Below are positions 9,930-19,242 of a stretch of DNA of 64,000 nt, one piece after another. A model generated the notes under the pieces. It was not told where the DNA came from. It made no database searches and saw only the letters and a list, made by a program, of their open reading frames with translations. The stretch covers positions 22,090-86,089 of the forward strand of contig CAYRUY010000001.1 of assembly GCA_964427455.1 (NCBI GenBank), given 5' to 3'. The translations under genes and the position numbers were made by a program. Every line of letters begins with the position of its first letter. The first letter of the stretch is position 1. This DNA comes from an uncultured Candidatus Bathyarchaeia archaeon (lineage in GTDB: Archaea > Thermoproteota > CALKCG01 > B24 > JAWCPE01).

Positions 9930-11234
9930 GTGACTAGCTTGCTTGAACCTAGACCGCTTGCGGAGCTCAAGCCCGCCGAGAGGGAAAGGCTCCTCGCCCG
10001 GTCAAGCCTAGATGTGGAGTCAGTCAAGGCTCAGGTAGGCGAGATCCTGAGAAAGGTAAAGGAGAAAGGCGATGCAGCCCTCGTCGAGTACACCGCCTTG
10101 TTCGACAAGGTCGACCTCAAACTAGGAGAGATTCGAGTCGCCCAAGACGAGGTCAGAACCGCCTACGACAGTATCTCTGACAAGCTCATCTCGGCTCTTA
10201 GAGCTATGGCCAAGAGCCTAGAGGTCTACCACCGGGCTCAGATGCCGAAGAGCACCGCTCCGGTGCAGACACAGGAGGGTGTCTCGTTAAGAGACCTATG
10301 GAGGCCGATCGGCTCGGTTGGCGCGTACGCGACCCGTGGCCTCCCATCGACCGCCTTGATGGCGGTTGTGCCCGGCAAGGTTGCTGGTGTTGGGAAACTG
10401 GTCGCCTGTACGGCGCCTGGCGGAAACGGTAGAGTGGAGCCCGCCGTCCTTGCGGCGCTCGACCTAGGCGGCGTGAACGAGATCTACAGAGTTGGCGGGG
10501 CCCAAGCGATCGCGGCCATGGCCTATGGAACCGAGACGGTCCCCCGGGTTGAGAAGATCGTAGGCCCGGGCAACGTCTACGTGACTGCTGCGAAACTCCT
10601 CGTGCAAGGCCTCGTGGGCACAGACCTGCCAGCTGGACCAAGCGAGGTCGTCGTCGTCGCTGATGGTACGGCAGACCCCTCGATCGTTGCCCTAGACCTC
10701 CTCTCACAGCTGGAACACGGGAAGATATCCGCCTCGGAGTCCCACGCGGCTCTTGTGACGACTTCGAAGTATCTCGCGTGGAGAGTCGCAGAAAGGCTTA
10801 GGGAACTCCTCTCGGCCGGCGAAGACGAGAGCGTGGCGGGGAAGGCTCTCTCGGAGAACGCCCTCATCCTGACCTGTGGAGACATCGAAGAGGCAGTGGC
10901 GTTCGTAAACGAGTATGCTCCTGAACACCTTGAGGTCATAGCTCATGATCCCGAGCCCATTCTGGCCGAGGTCCGCAATGCAGGCTCGGTCTTTGTTGGG
11001 CCATACTCTCCTGTCGCAGCTGGCGACTACGCGACCGGCGCGAACCACGTGCTGCCCACGGGTGGCGCAGCGAGGTTCGCCTCAGGCCTCTCGGTCTACG
11101 ACTACCTGAAACGCATCACGGTCCAGGAAGTTACTCGAAGAGGCCTAGCTGAGATGCTGGACACGGTGACGGCCCTGGCAGAGGCTGAGGGGCTGCCGAG
11201 GCACGCGGAAGCCGTCAGGGCCAGGGTTAGGTGA
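9930..11234 (+). CDS. hisD: Histidinol dehydrogenase
   Basis: GGAQAIAAMAYGT, GPGNVYV, AGPSE, APEHL and GDYATGANHVLPTGG motifs. Confidence 0.95.
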   Translation: MTSLLEPRPLAELKPAERERLLARSSLDVESVKAQVGEILRKVKEKGDAALVEYTALFDKVDLKLGEIRVAQDEVRTAYDSISDKLISALRAMAKSLEVYHRAQMPKSTAPVQTQEGVSLRDLWRPIGSVGAYATRGLPSTALMAVVPGKVAGVGKLVACTAPGGNGRVEPAVLAALDLGGVNEIYRVGGAQAIAAMAYGTETVPRVEKIVGPGNVYVTAAKLLVQGLVGTDLPAGPSEVVVVADGTADPSIVALDLLSQLEHGKISASESHAALVTTSKYLAWRVAERLRELLSAGEDESVAGKALSENALILTCGDIEEAVAFVNEYAPEHLEVIAHDPEPILAEVRNAGSVFVGPYSPVAAGDYATGANHVLPTGGAARFASGLSVYDYLKRITVQEVTRRGLAEMLDTVTALAEAEGLPRHAEAVRARVR

Positions 11235-11875
11235 GATGGAACACGGCCCGTGCTCGTAGACCGAGGATAGCGATCGTGAACTACGGGGTCGGCAACCTCT
11301 GGAGCGTAGCAAACGGCTTGAGACTGACGGGCGCGGAGCCCCGCCTTGTAGGGCGCCTCGTGGACCTCCCTAGGTTCGACGCTGTCGTTCTGCCCGGCGT
11401 GGGCGCCTTCAAGTCCGCGACTGCATTCCTGAAGGACCAGCGTCGTTACCTTGAGGACGCCGTGGCACGCAGTCAGCCCATCCTCGGCGTCTGCTTGGGC
11501 ATGCAGCTGCTCTTCGATGAGAGCGAGGAGGGAGGGCTCATCCAAGGGCTGGGCCTCATCCACGGGAGAGTCAAGAGACTCCCGGGAACCGTGAAAATAC
11601 CTCACATGGGCTGGAACCGGTTGGCGCTCTCAAGGCGAGACGCATTCCTGGAGGGCATCCGGTCAGGTGATTACTTCTACTTCGTGCACTCCTACTACCC
11701 GAGTCTAGAGGAGCCCAGCGTCGTCTTGGCATCTACGGAACACGGTGTGAGGTTCCCTTCGGTGGTGGCAAAGGGCTCCTTGTACGGGACGCAGTTCCAC
11801 CCCGAGAAGAGCGGAGAGAAGGGATTAAGTATCCTCAGGAACTTCGTCAGGATCGCTCAGGAGGCGGCAGGTTGA
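11231..11875 (+). CDS. hisH: Imidazole glycerol phosphate synthase glutaminase subunit
   Basis: LPGVGAF, GVCLGMQ, PHMGWN, YFVHSY and QFHPEKS motifs. Confidence 0.95.
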   Translation: MRWNTARARRPRIAIVNYGVGNLWSVANGLRLTGAEPRLVGRLVDLPRFDAVVLPGVGAFKSATAFLKDQRRYLEDAVARSQPILGVCLGMQLLFDESEEGGLIQGLGLIHGRVKRLPGTVKIPHMGWNRLALSRRDAFLEGIRSGDYFYFVHSYYPSLEEPSVVLASTEHGVRFPSVVAKGSLYGTQFHPEKSGEKGLSILRNFVRIAQEAAG

Positions 11876-12279
11876 ACACGCAAGGAGCATCAAGAGACCT
11901 AGAAGCGGTAGCCGATCAGTTGAACTACAGGCATAACGGCCTCGTGGTGGCGATAGCTCAAGACGCAGTCAACGGCCAGGTCTTGATGACGGCCTTCATG
12001 AACAGAGAGGCGTTCAAGAAGACCCTGGAGACAGGCTACGCACATTATTGGAGCCTCTCACGTGAGAGGCTATGGATGAAGGGGGAGGAGTCCGGCCACG
12101 TTCAGAGAGTGAAACACGTCTACGTGGACTGCGACCTCGACGCGGTTCTCCTCAAGGTCGACCAGGAGGTCGCGGCATGCCACATGGGCTACTGCTCCTG
12201 CTTCTTCAGAGAGGCGACCGCGCGGGGCTTCAAACAGGTTCTCGAGAAGGTGTTCGAGCCCACGATCGCCACACATTAG
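11872..12279 (+). CDS. hisI: Phosphoribosyl-AMP cyclohydrolase (no HisE domain)
   Basis: [15 protein letters not shown] and [10 protein letters not shown] motifs. Confidence 0.93.
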   Translation: MNTQGASRDLEAVADQLNYRHNGLVVAIAQDAVNGQVLMTAFMNREAFKKTLETGYAHYWSLSRERLWMKGEESGHVQRVKHVYVDCDLDAVLLKVDQEVAACHMGYCSCFFREATARGFKQVLEKVFEPTIATH

Positions 12280-12393
12280 CGGTTCCCGTGTCTCCCGGGC
12301 TCAGGCGGGATGTAGAGCCAGCGCTTCGAGGATCCCAGGTCAGGTGCCTCGGTAAGCTTATGTGCAGTCGTTCCTCTAGCGTTCCCCCGCGAG

Positions 12394-13041
12394 ATGAACT
12401 GCGCGATGGCAGAAAGAAGAGTCATCTTCTTCGAGAAGCCGGGTCCGCAGAACACCGAGGAGACGATCCGGGCGGCGAAGAGGAGAGCTGACGAGCTTGG
12501 CATCAGCCATGTGGTCGTCGCCTCTGCGAGCGGCGATACCGCGTTGAAGGTCGCAGAGGCCTTCAAGGGCTCCTCCGCCAAGGTTGTGGCGGTCACATAC
12601 CATGCGGGCTTCGCCGAGATGTCAATCGACAGAGCGAAGGAGCTAGGGATCGACCCGAGCCTGCTTGTGACAGGAATGAAGCCTGAGAACGTGAAAGCCT
12701 TACATGAGCGCGGTGTTCGGATCGTTCAAGGGTCGCACGCGTTAAGCGGGGTTGGCCGGTCTATCTCGAAGAAGTTCGGCGGCATCACGCCTGTCGAGGT
12801 CATCGCGGCGACGTTGAGGCTCATCTGTCAAGGCGTCAAGGTAGGTGTCGAGGTCGCCGTGATCGCGGCGGACGCGGACGCGATCCCGACCGACAAGGAG
12901 GTCCTAGCTATCACAGGTGATATCAAAGGCGCGGACACAGCCGTGATCCTGAAGCCTGCGCATATGAACAACTTCTTCGACCTCGAGGTAAGAGAGATCA
13001 TCGCGATGCCACGAGGCCCTTGGGGGAACCTCCGAGGCTAG
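12394..13041 (+). CDS. Conserved archaeal protein with pyruvate kinase alpha/beta (PK_C-like) domain
   Basis: [41 protein letters not shown] and GADTA motifs. Confidence 0.8.
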   Translation: MNCAMAERRVIFFEKPGPQNTEETIRAAKRRADELGISHVVVASASGDTALKVAEAFKGSSAKVVAVTYHAGFAEMSIDRAKELGIDPSLLVTGMKPENVKALHERGVRIVQGSHALSGVGRSISKKFGGITPVEVIAATLRLICQGVKVGVEVAVIAADADAIPTDKEVLAITGDIKGADTAVILKPAHMNNFFDLEVREIIAMPRGPWGNLRG

Positions 13042-13166
13042 GTCTCTCCAAGCCGGAAGGGAGCCTCATAGGCGGGCTACAGCCAGCGTCACCGTTCACG
13101 GGAAGGAGACTGCCCGTCAGGGACCCGCCTATGCACGGCTTCCAGGGTTTTCGCGCGGTCGTAAGT

Positions 13167-13210
13167 CTTTTAAGGGAGTTTTGTAGGATGTAGCCCACAA
13201 AACTCCCACA
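13167..13210 (+). promoter_or_regulatory. TATA box (CTTTTAAG) plus putative operator GGATGTAGCCCACAAAACTCCCACA upstream of hisG
   Basis: Matches the hisC upstream motif; overlaps a perfect 11-bp inverted repeat GGGAGTTTTGT (13174-13184) / ACAAAACTCCC (13197-13207). Confidence 0.65.
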
Positions 13211-13234
13211 GTCTCTGGGTTTAGGTCGTCAGGC

Positions 13235-14233
13235 ATGAAGGTGAGCTTTGCTCTCCCCAAGGGGTCTCTTGAGAGGGCGGTCTTCGACATCCTCGCTCTT
13301 TCAGGGTACATCATCAGGGGCCAAGAGAGGACTTACAGGCCTTCGATAAACGACCCTGGGATCGAGTTGAAGATCCTTAGGCCTCAGGAGATCCCTGTCG
13401 CTGTAGCTGAGGGTCTCCATGACGTCGGCATCACGGGTTCGGACTGGGTTCAGGAGACGGGAGCGAATGTCGAGCAACTACTCGACCTTGAGTGCGGGCA
13501 GGTCAAGCTGGTCGCAGCTATTCCAAGGTCATGGACTGATATCGACTCTTTCTCAGCCCTATTGAGGAAGCTCTGGTCCCAAGGGAAGAACGTGAGGGTC
13601 TCCACGGAGTACCTGAATATTGCAGCGGAATTCACGAAGCGAAGCGAAGCTTACAGAGAAGCCTTTGGTGATGCTGAGCCTGTGATAGTCACGCCCTGGT
13701 GGAGAAGGGGTGAGAACCCTAAGCTGAGCATCTACCTGTCCTTCGGGGCGACGGAGGCTAAGCCTCCTGAGAACGCAGATGCGATCATTGACCTAGCCCA
13801 GACGGGGACAACCCTAGAGCAGAACAACCTCAAGGTCATTGAGACAATAGCCGAGTCAACGGCTGTGCTCGTCGCGAACAAGGCCAGCCTTAGAGACCCT
13901 GAGAAGAGAGAGAAGATCTACGATATACTCACGCTGCTCAAGGGCACGGTGGAGGGGAAGAAGAAGATACACATCTTCGTCAACGTGAGGGAAGAGAACC
14001 TGAACAAGCTACTCAAACGTTTGCCGGCTTTGAAGAAGCCGACCGTCAGTCCGCTCGCGGGAAAGGGCTGGTTCTCCGTCAACACAGTCATCGACCGCGA
14101 GGAGTTCCTGACGGTGCTCCCCACGTTGCGAAGGCTGGCTCAAGGCTTGGTCGTTCACGAGCCGCAACAGATCCTAGAGCTCGAAGAGATCGCGAGAAGC
14201 GAGAACAACATCTCGAACTCGTCGACTCGGTGA
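13235..14233 (+). CDS. hisG: ATP phosphoribosyltransferase (long form)
   Basis: ALPKGSL, LRPQEIP, DVGITGSDW, SFGATEAK and TGTTLEQNNL motifs; C-terminal regulatory domain LPALKKPTVSPL. Confidence 0.93.
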   Translation: MKVSFALPKGSLERAVFDILALSGYIIRGQERTYRPSINDPGIELKILRPQEIPVAVAEGLHDVGITGSDWVQETGANVEQLLDLECGQVKLVAAIPRSWTDIDSFSALLRKLWSQGKNVRVSTEYLNIAAEFTKRSEAYREAFGDAEPVIVTPWWRRGENPKLSIYLSFGATEAKPPENADAIIDLAQTGTTLEQNNLKVIETIAESTAVLVANKASLRDPEKREKIYDILTLLKGTVEGKKKIHIFVNVREENLNKLLKRLPALKKPTVSPLAGKGWFSVNTVIDREEFLTVLPTLRRLAQGLVVHEPQQILELEEIARSENNISNSSTR

Positions 14234-14247
14234 CTTCGGCGGGAAGC

Positions 14248-15198
14248 CTAAGGTTTCAGAGCCGCCTTTGCAGTTCGTACCTTCTCTTCCGCGTGAGCAC
14301 CTATCACTTCATGCTCAGTGAAGGGGTAGACCTTCAACTCCTTTCGGCACTTCAACCTGTTGTAGACGGCGAAGACCGTTGAGGGTGGGCAGACGGGGTC
14401 GCGTAGGCCTACGGACATCAGGACCTGACAGGCCACGGACTCAGCCATGTTCAAGGGGTCAAAGTAGCTCAACGTCCTGAAAGCGGCTTCCTCGTTTCCC
14501 GGATAGACCCTGAGGTAGTTGACGATCTCCAAGTATGGGCCTGAAAGCGATATCTCCACGCCTCGTCTGAAGTGGCAGAGGTACGGTATGTCAGGCATGG
14601 CGAGGACCGGCCGTCGGTCCAAGCCGACCGTAGCTAGCGCAAGACCTCCTCCCTGGCTGATCCCACTGACGCCTATCCTGGATTTGTCCACCTCTTCGCG
14701 AGCCTCTAGAAGGTCGAGGGCTCTGATGCAGTCGATGTAGGCGCCTCGGTAGTAGTACTCCTCGGGGCTCATGATCCCCTTCGTCATCCAACCTGTCACG
14801 TGACCTGACGAGTATCGTCCAGGGTCTGTGCTCTCACCTGACTGTCCTCTCACGTCTATGGCAAGCACGGCGTAGCCCTGAAGCGCCCAGCCTAGGTAGT
14901 CGAAGACCTGGCCCTTATTCCCGCTGTAGCCGTGCAGAAACAGCAGCGCCGGGCAGAGGGTCCGGCCTCTAGGTACGATATACCATCCGCAGACCCTCGC
15001 CCCTTTGAAGCCACGGTAGAAAACCTTGAACACCTTGACTGAATCGACCGGGTAAGGGACCGACATGAACTCAGCGTTCAACGGTTCCCTCGCTGATTCC
15101 TCGATCGTTCGCCTCCAGAACTCGTCGAAGTCCGGCTGCTTCGTCAGAGGCGGGACGTACCGTTTGAGCTCTTCGAGAGACAGGTCGATGATCGGCAA
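14248..15198 (-). CDS. Acetyl xylan esterase / cephalosporin-C deacetylase (CE7)
   Basis: PDFDEFW, HGY, DVRGQ, GISQGG, DPVCPPSTVFAVYN and HE motifs; start refined to TTG 15198. Confidence 0.9.
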   Translation of the reverse strand: MPIIDLSLEELKRYVPPLTKQPDFDEFWRRTIEESAREPLNAEFMSVPYPVDSVKVFKVFYRGFKGARVCGWYIVPRGRTLCPALLFLHGYSGNKGQVFDYLGWALQGYAVLAIDVRGQSGESTDPGRYSSGHVTGWMTKGIMSPEEYYYRGAYIDCIRALDLLEAREEVDKSRIGVSGISQGGGLALATVGLDRRPVLAMPDIPYLCHFRRGVEISLSGPYLEIVNYLRVYPGNEEAAFRTLSYFDPLNMAESVACQVLMSVGLRDPVCPPSTVFAVYNRLKCRKELKVYPFTEHEVIGAHAEEKVRTAKAALKP

Positions 15199-15267
15199 GC
15201 CTTTCGCCGAGTGCGGCGTATGCACACAGATCGCGCTTAAGCGTATCGCTCGGGCAGCGGGCTCTCG

Positions 15268-15834
15268 TCACTTAGGCCAGACACGGTCAAAGTAGGGGTT
15301 CTTCCCCGTCACAGACAGCGGAATCCCGAACGCTAAATCCGCGTCTATCAGGCCCAAACTCCTTGCAGCGGTTCCGGCCGAGAACATGATGCGATTATCG
15401 AGCCCCAGCTCAACGGCGGCTTTCGCCGCTACTCCTAGCGCAATGCCGAGGTCAACGACGTAGAAGGCGCAGTTCGGGCCCATGTAGGCTGGTCCCACGT
15501 TCTTTGGGGCTGTGTCAAACTCGGCGCACGTCCTGTGGCCGCATGCGCCGCAGTTCAGTCCCTTCGACTTACTGCCCTTCACGCCCAGAAGAGCTACGGC
15601 GACAGACCGTCTTACACCCTCCGCGTCTCTCGCAAAGGTAGGCCATTTGTCCTTGAACCCTTCCATTGCCGTCGCCAAAGCCTCGATCTCATCTCGGTCA
15701 GCAACGATCGCAGTGACGACTCTATCGATTCCCCTCGACTTCGGCGCTGTCCTGGCCACGGCGAGAATGATCTGCGCACCGTCGAGGGCTGCGTGTACCT
15801 CGGCCTGTTCTCCCCTGATCGGCATAACACTCAC
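15268..15834 (-). CDS. DUF2148 ferredoxin-like domain protein
   Basis: ARTAPKSRG, LNCGACGHRTC, DLGIALG, DNRIMFSAG and KNPYFDR motifs. Confidence 0.82.
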   Translation of the reverse strand: MSVMPIRGEQAEVHAALDGAQIILAVARTAPKSRGIDRVVTAIVADRDEIEALATAMEGFKDKWPTFARDAEGVRRSVAVALLGVKGSKSKGLNCGACGHRTCAEFDTAPKNVGPAYMGPNCAFYVVDLGIALGVAAKAAVELGLDNRIMFSAGTAARSLGLIDADLAFGIPLSVTGKNPYFDRVWPK

Positions 15835-15905
15835 GGCATCGGGAGGAGCGCTCCGCGTTTAGGCATTACGGTACCGACGAACAGGCCCACAAACCTGCCC
15901 GGTCT

Positions 15906-17009
15906 CTAGACGACCTTTCCCACGTAGTGTTCGCTGACGCGATACTTCTCGACGGCTTTCATGTCGAGCTCGACGCCCAACCCTGGCTTGTTAGGCACCC
16001 TGGCCTGCCCGTTCTTGATCTCGATAGGCTCAACGAGGAGGTCGTCGACGCGGCAGAACTCTCCGAAGATGTCGCTTGTCAAGGTGGCGTTGCTCGTAGC
16101 CGCGCACGCGTGCACGTAACTGGCCTCCATGATGCCCAGGTCGTTGCCTGAACCATGCCAGACAGGGATGCCAGCGAGCGCAGCGACACCTGCGTAGTTC
16201 TTGAACTCACGCATCGTGCCTCCCGTGTTGATGTAGTCGCATGCCTCCCTCTTGACCGCGTTAAACACGTCGCTACCTGTGATGTGGAGCGCGAGAGGGA
16301 TGTCCATCTTCGCCCTCATCAACACGTACCAGTCTAGGTTCTTCGGCACAGGATCCTCGAAGCAGATTATGTTGTATCGTTCAAGCCTACGCGCGAGCTT
16401 GAGCGCCGTCGCCGGATGGCCGAACTGCGTATTGGGGTCGCAGACTATCCCCATCTCGTCTCCTACCGCGTCCCTGATCGCCCTTGCAGTTTCGACGATG
16501 TCCCACGGCCTCGCCTTGAGCTTGATAACGTCGTAACCCATGCTGACGGCCCTCTCCGCGACAACGGCGGTCTTCTGCGGGTTCCCTGGGCCGTGGTGAG
16601 GAGACCAGGCTGAGACGGGGACCTCGCTCCGGTACGCGCCGCCGAGCAGCTTGTACATGGGGAGCCCCAGGGCCTTCCCAGCCAAGTCATGCAACGCGTG
16701 CTCCAACGCCTCGTCCAAGCCCCAGCCGAACCCCGGCCGTTCAAGGTTGAGCTCAAGCGGGTCCCTGCCGACCAGCTCACTCTCGTGGTCCTTCAGCAAC
16801 GTCGCCGGGAAACCTCTTACCGTCTCGCCGAGGCCCACCAGGCCTTCGTCCGTCTGAAGCCTAACGATCACCTTGGGCACTCTGCCAAGCGGGACCTCGT
16901 AAGAGTTCAGGACCGCCATATCTGAGACGAAGGGAACGGCGATCGTGATCGCCTCGACGCCCGTGATCCTCAAGCTACCAGCCGCCGGAGTTGGTTTGGC
17001 TCCACGCAT
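15906..17009 (-). CDS. Mandelate racemase/muconate lactonizing (enolase superfamily) protein
   Basis: TDEGLVGLGE, DLAGKALGLP, KLK, DPN, EDP and PGLGVELD motifs. Confidence 0.88.
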   Translation of the reverse strand: MRGAKPTPAAGSLRITGVEAITIAVPFVSDMAVLNSYEVPLGRVPKVIVRLQTDEGLVGLGETVRGFPATLLKDHESELVGRDPLELNLERPGFGWGLDEALEHALHDLAGKALGLPMYKLLGGAYRSEVPVSAWSPHHGPGNPQKTAVVAERAVSMGYDVIKLKARPWDIVETARAIRDAVGDEMGIVCDPNTQFGHPATALKLARRLERYNIICFEDPVPKNLDWYVLMRAKMDIPLALHITGSDVFNAVKREACDYINTGGTMREFKNYAGVAALAGIPVWHGSGNDLGIMEASYVHACAATSNATLTSDIFGEFCRVDDLLVEPIEIKNGQARVPNKPGLGVELDMKAVEKYRVSEHYVGKVV

Positions 17010-17131
17010 CAGATATAAGGTGATGCCTAGCCGCTCCCCTTGAGTGATCTACGGCATCCGTCCCGAGACGAGAGGTGTGGTCTGCTAGACCTACCGGCTA
17101 CCATCCGGGCGGAAGCTTGCATGCTACTTGG

Positions 17132-19207
17132 CTATTCTGTCGTCCATGTGGAGGGGTCTTCGAAGCGAGGCCGCTTGTAAAGGATGTCTTCCACGTATGC
17201 TCTGAGAGGCTCGGCTGTTGACCAGGCTTGAGCTATGCAGCCTCCGGCTGTGTGAGGATAGTCGCCGTCGAATATCTCGCTTATGAAGCCTAGCCCGGCT
17301 TGGTATGGTTGCTCCTCAAGCAGCGGTTGTAGGAAGCTTCTGTACGCGAACTCTCTCCAGGGCTTCTCGTAGCGCTTCGTCTTGAGGAACGCCTTCACGA
17401 AGGGCCCAGCTAGCCAAGGCCAAATGGTCCCGTTGTGGTAGGCCAAGTCTCTCTCGCGTTGGTTTCCTCGGCATACCCCTCTGTACTTCGGATCCTCAGC
17501 GGAGAGCGTCCTAAGCCCATACGTGGCCCAGAGCTTCCGCCAGACAAAGCAGACTACGCTCTCGGCCATCGAGCTGTCCAGCATGCCATGGTCTAAGGAA
17601 ACAGCGAGAATTTGGTTAGGCCGCACCGACGAGTCGCGAGAGCCGTTAGCCACCATGTCGAAGAGCGACCCAGTCTCTTCGTTCCAGAAGGTCGCCCTGA
17701 AGCTCTTCGCCGCCGCCTCCGCTCGCAGCTCATACTCGGACGCATCCTCGCCTAGGGCCTTCGACAGCAGTGCCATCGTCTTCAGCGCATTGTACCAGAG
17801 GGCTTGGACCTCAATGGCTTTTCCCTCTCTGGGAGTGACTGGGACTCCGTTGACCGCAGCGTCCATCCACGTGAGCCGTGGGCCATGATGGACCAGGCCG
17901 TCTGCGTCCACATGAATGCCGTACTGCGTGCCCGCTGAGTAGTGGTCGATGATCGATCTCAAGACCGGCCAGAGGTGTTTGCGAACGAAGGCAAGGTTGC
18001 CCGTGTACTTGACGTACTCGAGCACAGCGTTCACGTACCACAGAGAGGTGTCCACGGACTCATAGCTAGCGGCCATGTCTAGCGCCTCAGCAAAGAAGCT
18101 TGGGATCAGGCCATCCTTCTCATGCGCCCCGTAGGCTAAGAGAATCTGTTCTGCGTCGTTGAACCTGCCCGTGACCAACGCGAGACCTGGAAGCGAGATG
18201 AAGGTGTCTCTCCCCCAGTCGCCGAACCAGTGGTAGCCCGCGATGACCGACTTCCCACACGCCGCCCCACCTCGAACGATGAAGGCGTCAACCGAAAGGA
18301 CAAGCCACTTGGACCAATCGCCCTCAGGCCAAAGTTCGCCGGAAGCTCTCAGGATATCCCTGCGTCTCCCGAGTTCACGCTCCCAGATTCGTTCTGGGTT
18401 GGCCGCGTTCTCAGCGGCCTTCCATGCGTCGAGCTTGCTCCGCGAAGCTGAGGCTAGTAGGTGGAATAGCCGCGACTCCCCTGCTTTCAGATGGATTCCG
18501 AAATGGCCGGGCACGTAGCAGTCGTCAAGGTAACTGTCACCTCTCGCCTCGTCCGTCCGATAGCGAAGACGCCTAACCCACGCGCCTCCGAGGCGTGAGA
18601 ACTCAGCTGCGTCTGAGGCCATCGCAAAGTAGAGGGTTAGGTCGCGGAGATGCGCAGCAAAGCCCCTGTCGAACACTTGCTGATCGTAGGCCCAAGGGGA
18701 GCGTTCTGAGTTGAGCACGGTGTAGATCCCGCGGTAGCTCGTCAGCGGCGAGATCTCAAGCAGAACGCTCTCGTCTCGAAGGTTGACAGCCTCGTACCTG
18801 ACCAACACAAGGTTCTCACCCTCTGCCAACGTGATGGTTTTCAGCAACGAGACGCCGTCGACATCATACATGAAGCTTGGAAACGGTGAAAGGGAGAAGC
18901 TCCGCAGTGAACGGAGCCCTTCGTTGTCTAGGCCGCTCATGGAATCGTTAGTGGCCAAACGTGTCCGTCCGCCGCTGGGGCTCACCATCACCTCGTCGAG
19001 CTTCGCAAGCAGTACCCGCCTTCCTAGCGGTGGGTCAATGGCCGCCACGAGAAGCCCATGGTACTTCCTTGTGTTGACTCCGAGGATGGTGGAGGACGCG
19101 TACCCACCCAGTCCATTGGTGACAAGCCATTCCGTCGAGAGAGCTTCTTCCACTCCAGACAGTTGGCTCGGGCCGATCAAGAGAGAGGGAAGCTCCCGTG
19201 CCGTCAA
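17132..19207 (-). CDS. Glycogen debranching enzyme (amylo-alpha-1,6-glucosidase)
   Basis: EWLVTNGLGGYAS, AGYHWFGDWGRDTFISLPGL, TWMDA, YHNGTIWPW and QAWS motifs; start refined to TTG 19207 after GAGGAG. Confidence 0.92.
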   Translation of the reverse strand: MTARELPSLLIGPSQLSGVEEALSTEWLVTNGLGGYASSTILGVNTRKYHGLLVAAIDPPLGRRVLLAKLDEVMVSPSGGRTRLATNDSMSGLDNEGLRSLRSFSLSPFPSFMYDVDGVSLLKTITLAEGENLVLVRYEAVNLRDESVLLEISPLTSYRGIYTVLNSERSPWAYDQQVFDRGFAAHLRDLTLYFAMASDAAEFSRLGGAWVRRLRYRTDEARGDSYLDDCYVPGHFGIHLKAGESRLFHLLASASRSKLDAWKAAENAANPERIWERELGRRRDILRASGELWPEGDWSKWLVLSVDAFIVRGGAACGKSVIAGYHWFGDWGRDTFISLPGLALVTGRFNDAEQILLAYGAHEKDGLIPSFFAEALDMAASYESVDTSLWYVNAVLEYVKYTGNLAFVRKHLWPVLRSIIDHYSAGTQYGIHVDADGLVHHGPRLTWMDAAVNGVPVTPREGKAIEVQALWYNALKTMALLSKALGEDASEYELRAEAAAKSFRATFWNEETGSLFDMVANGSRDSSVRPNQILAVSLDHGMLDSSMAESVVCFVWRKLWATYGLRTLSAEDPKYRGVCRGNQRERDLAYHNGTIWPWLAGPFVKAFLKTKRYEKPWREFAYRSFLQPLLEEQPYQAGLGFISEIFDGDYPHTAGGCIAQAWSTAEPLRAYVEDILYKRPRFEDPSTWTTE

Positions 19208-19242
19208 CTGGTCGTTCTCCTCGCCAGCCTGTTCAGCGGGCA

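Noticed and set aside
13048..13066. SRP RNA helix-8-like sequence CCAAGCCGGAAGGGAGC
   Set aside because: It deviates from the CAGG-CCCGGAAGGG-AGCA consensus and the gap is too short for a 300-nt archaeal SRP RNA.
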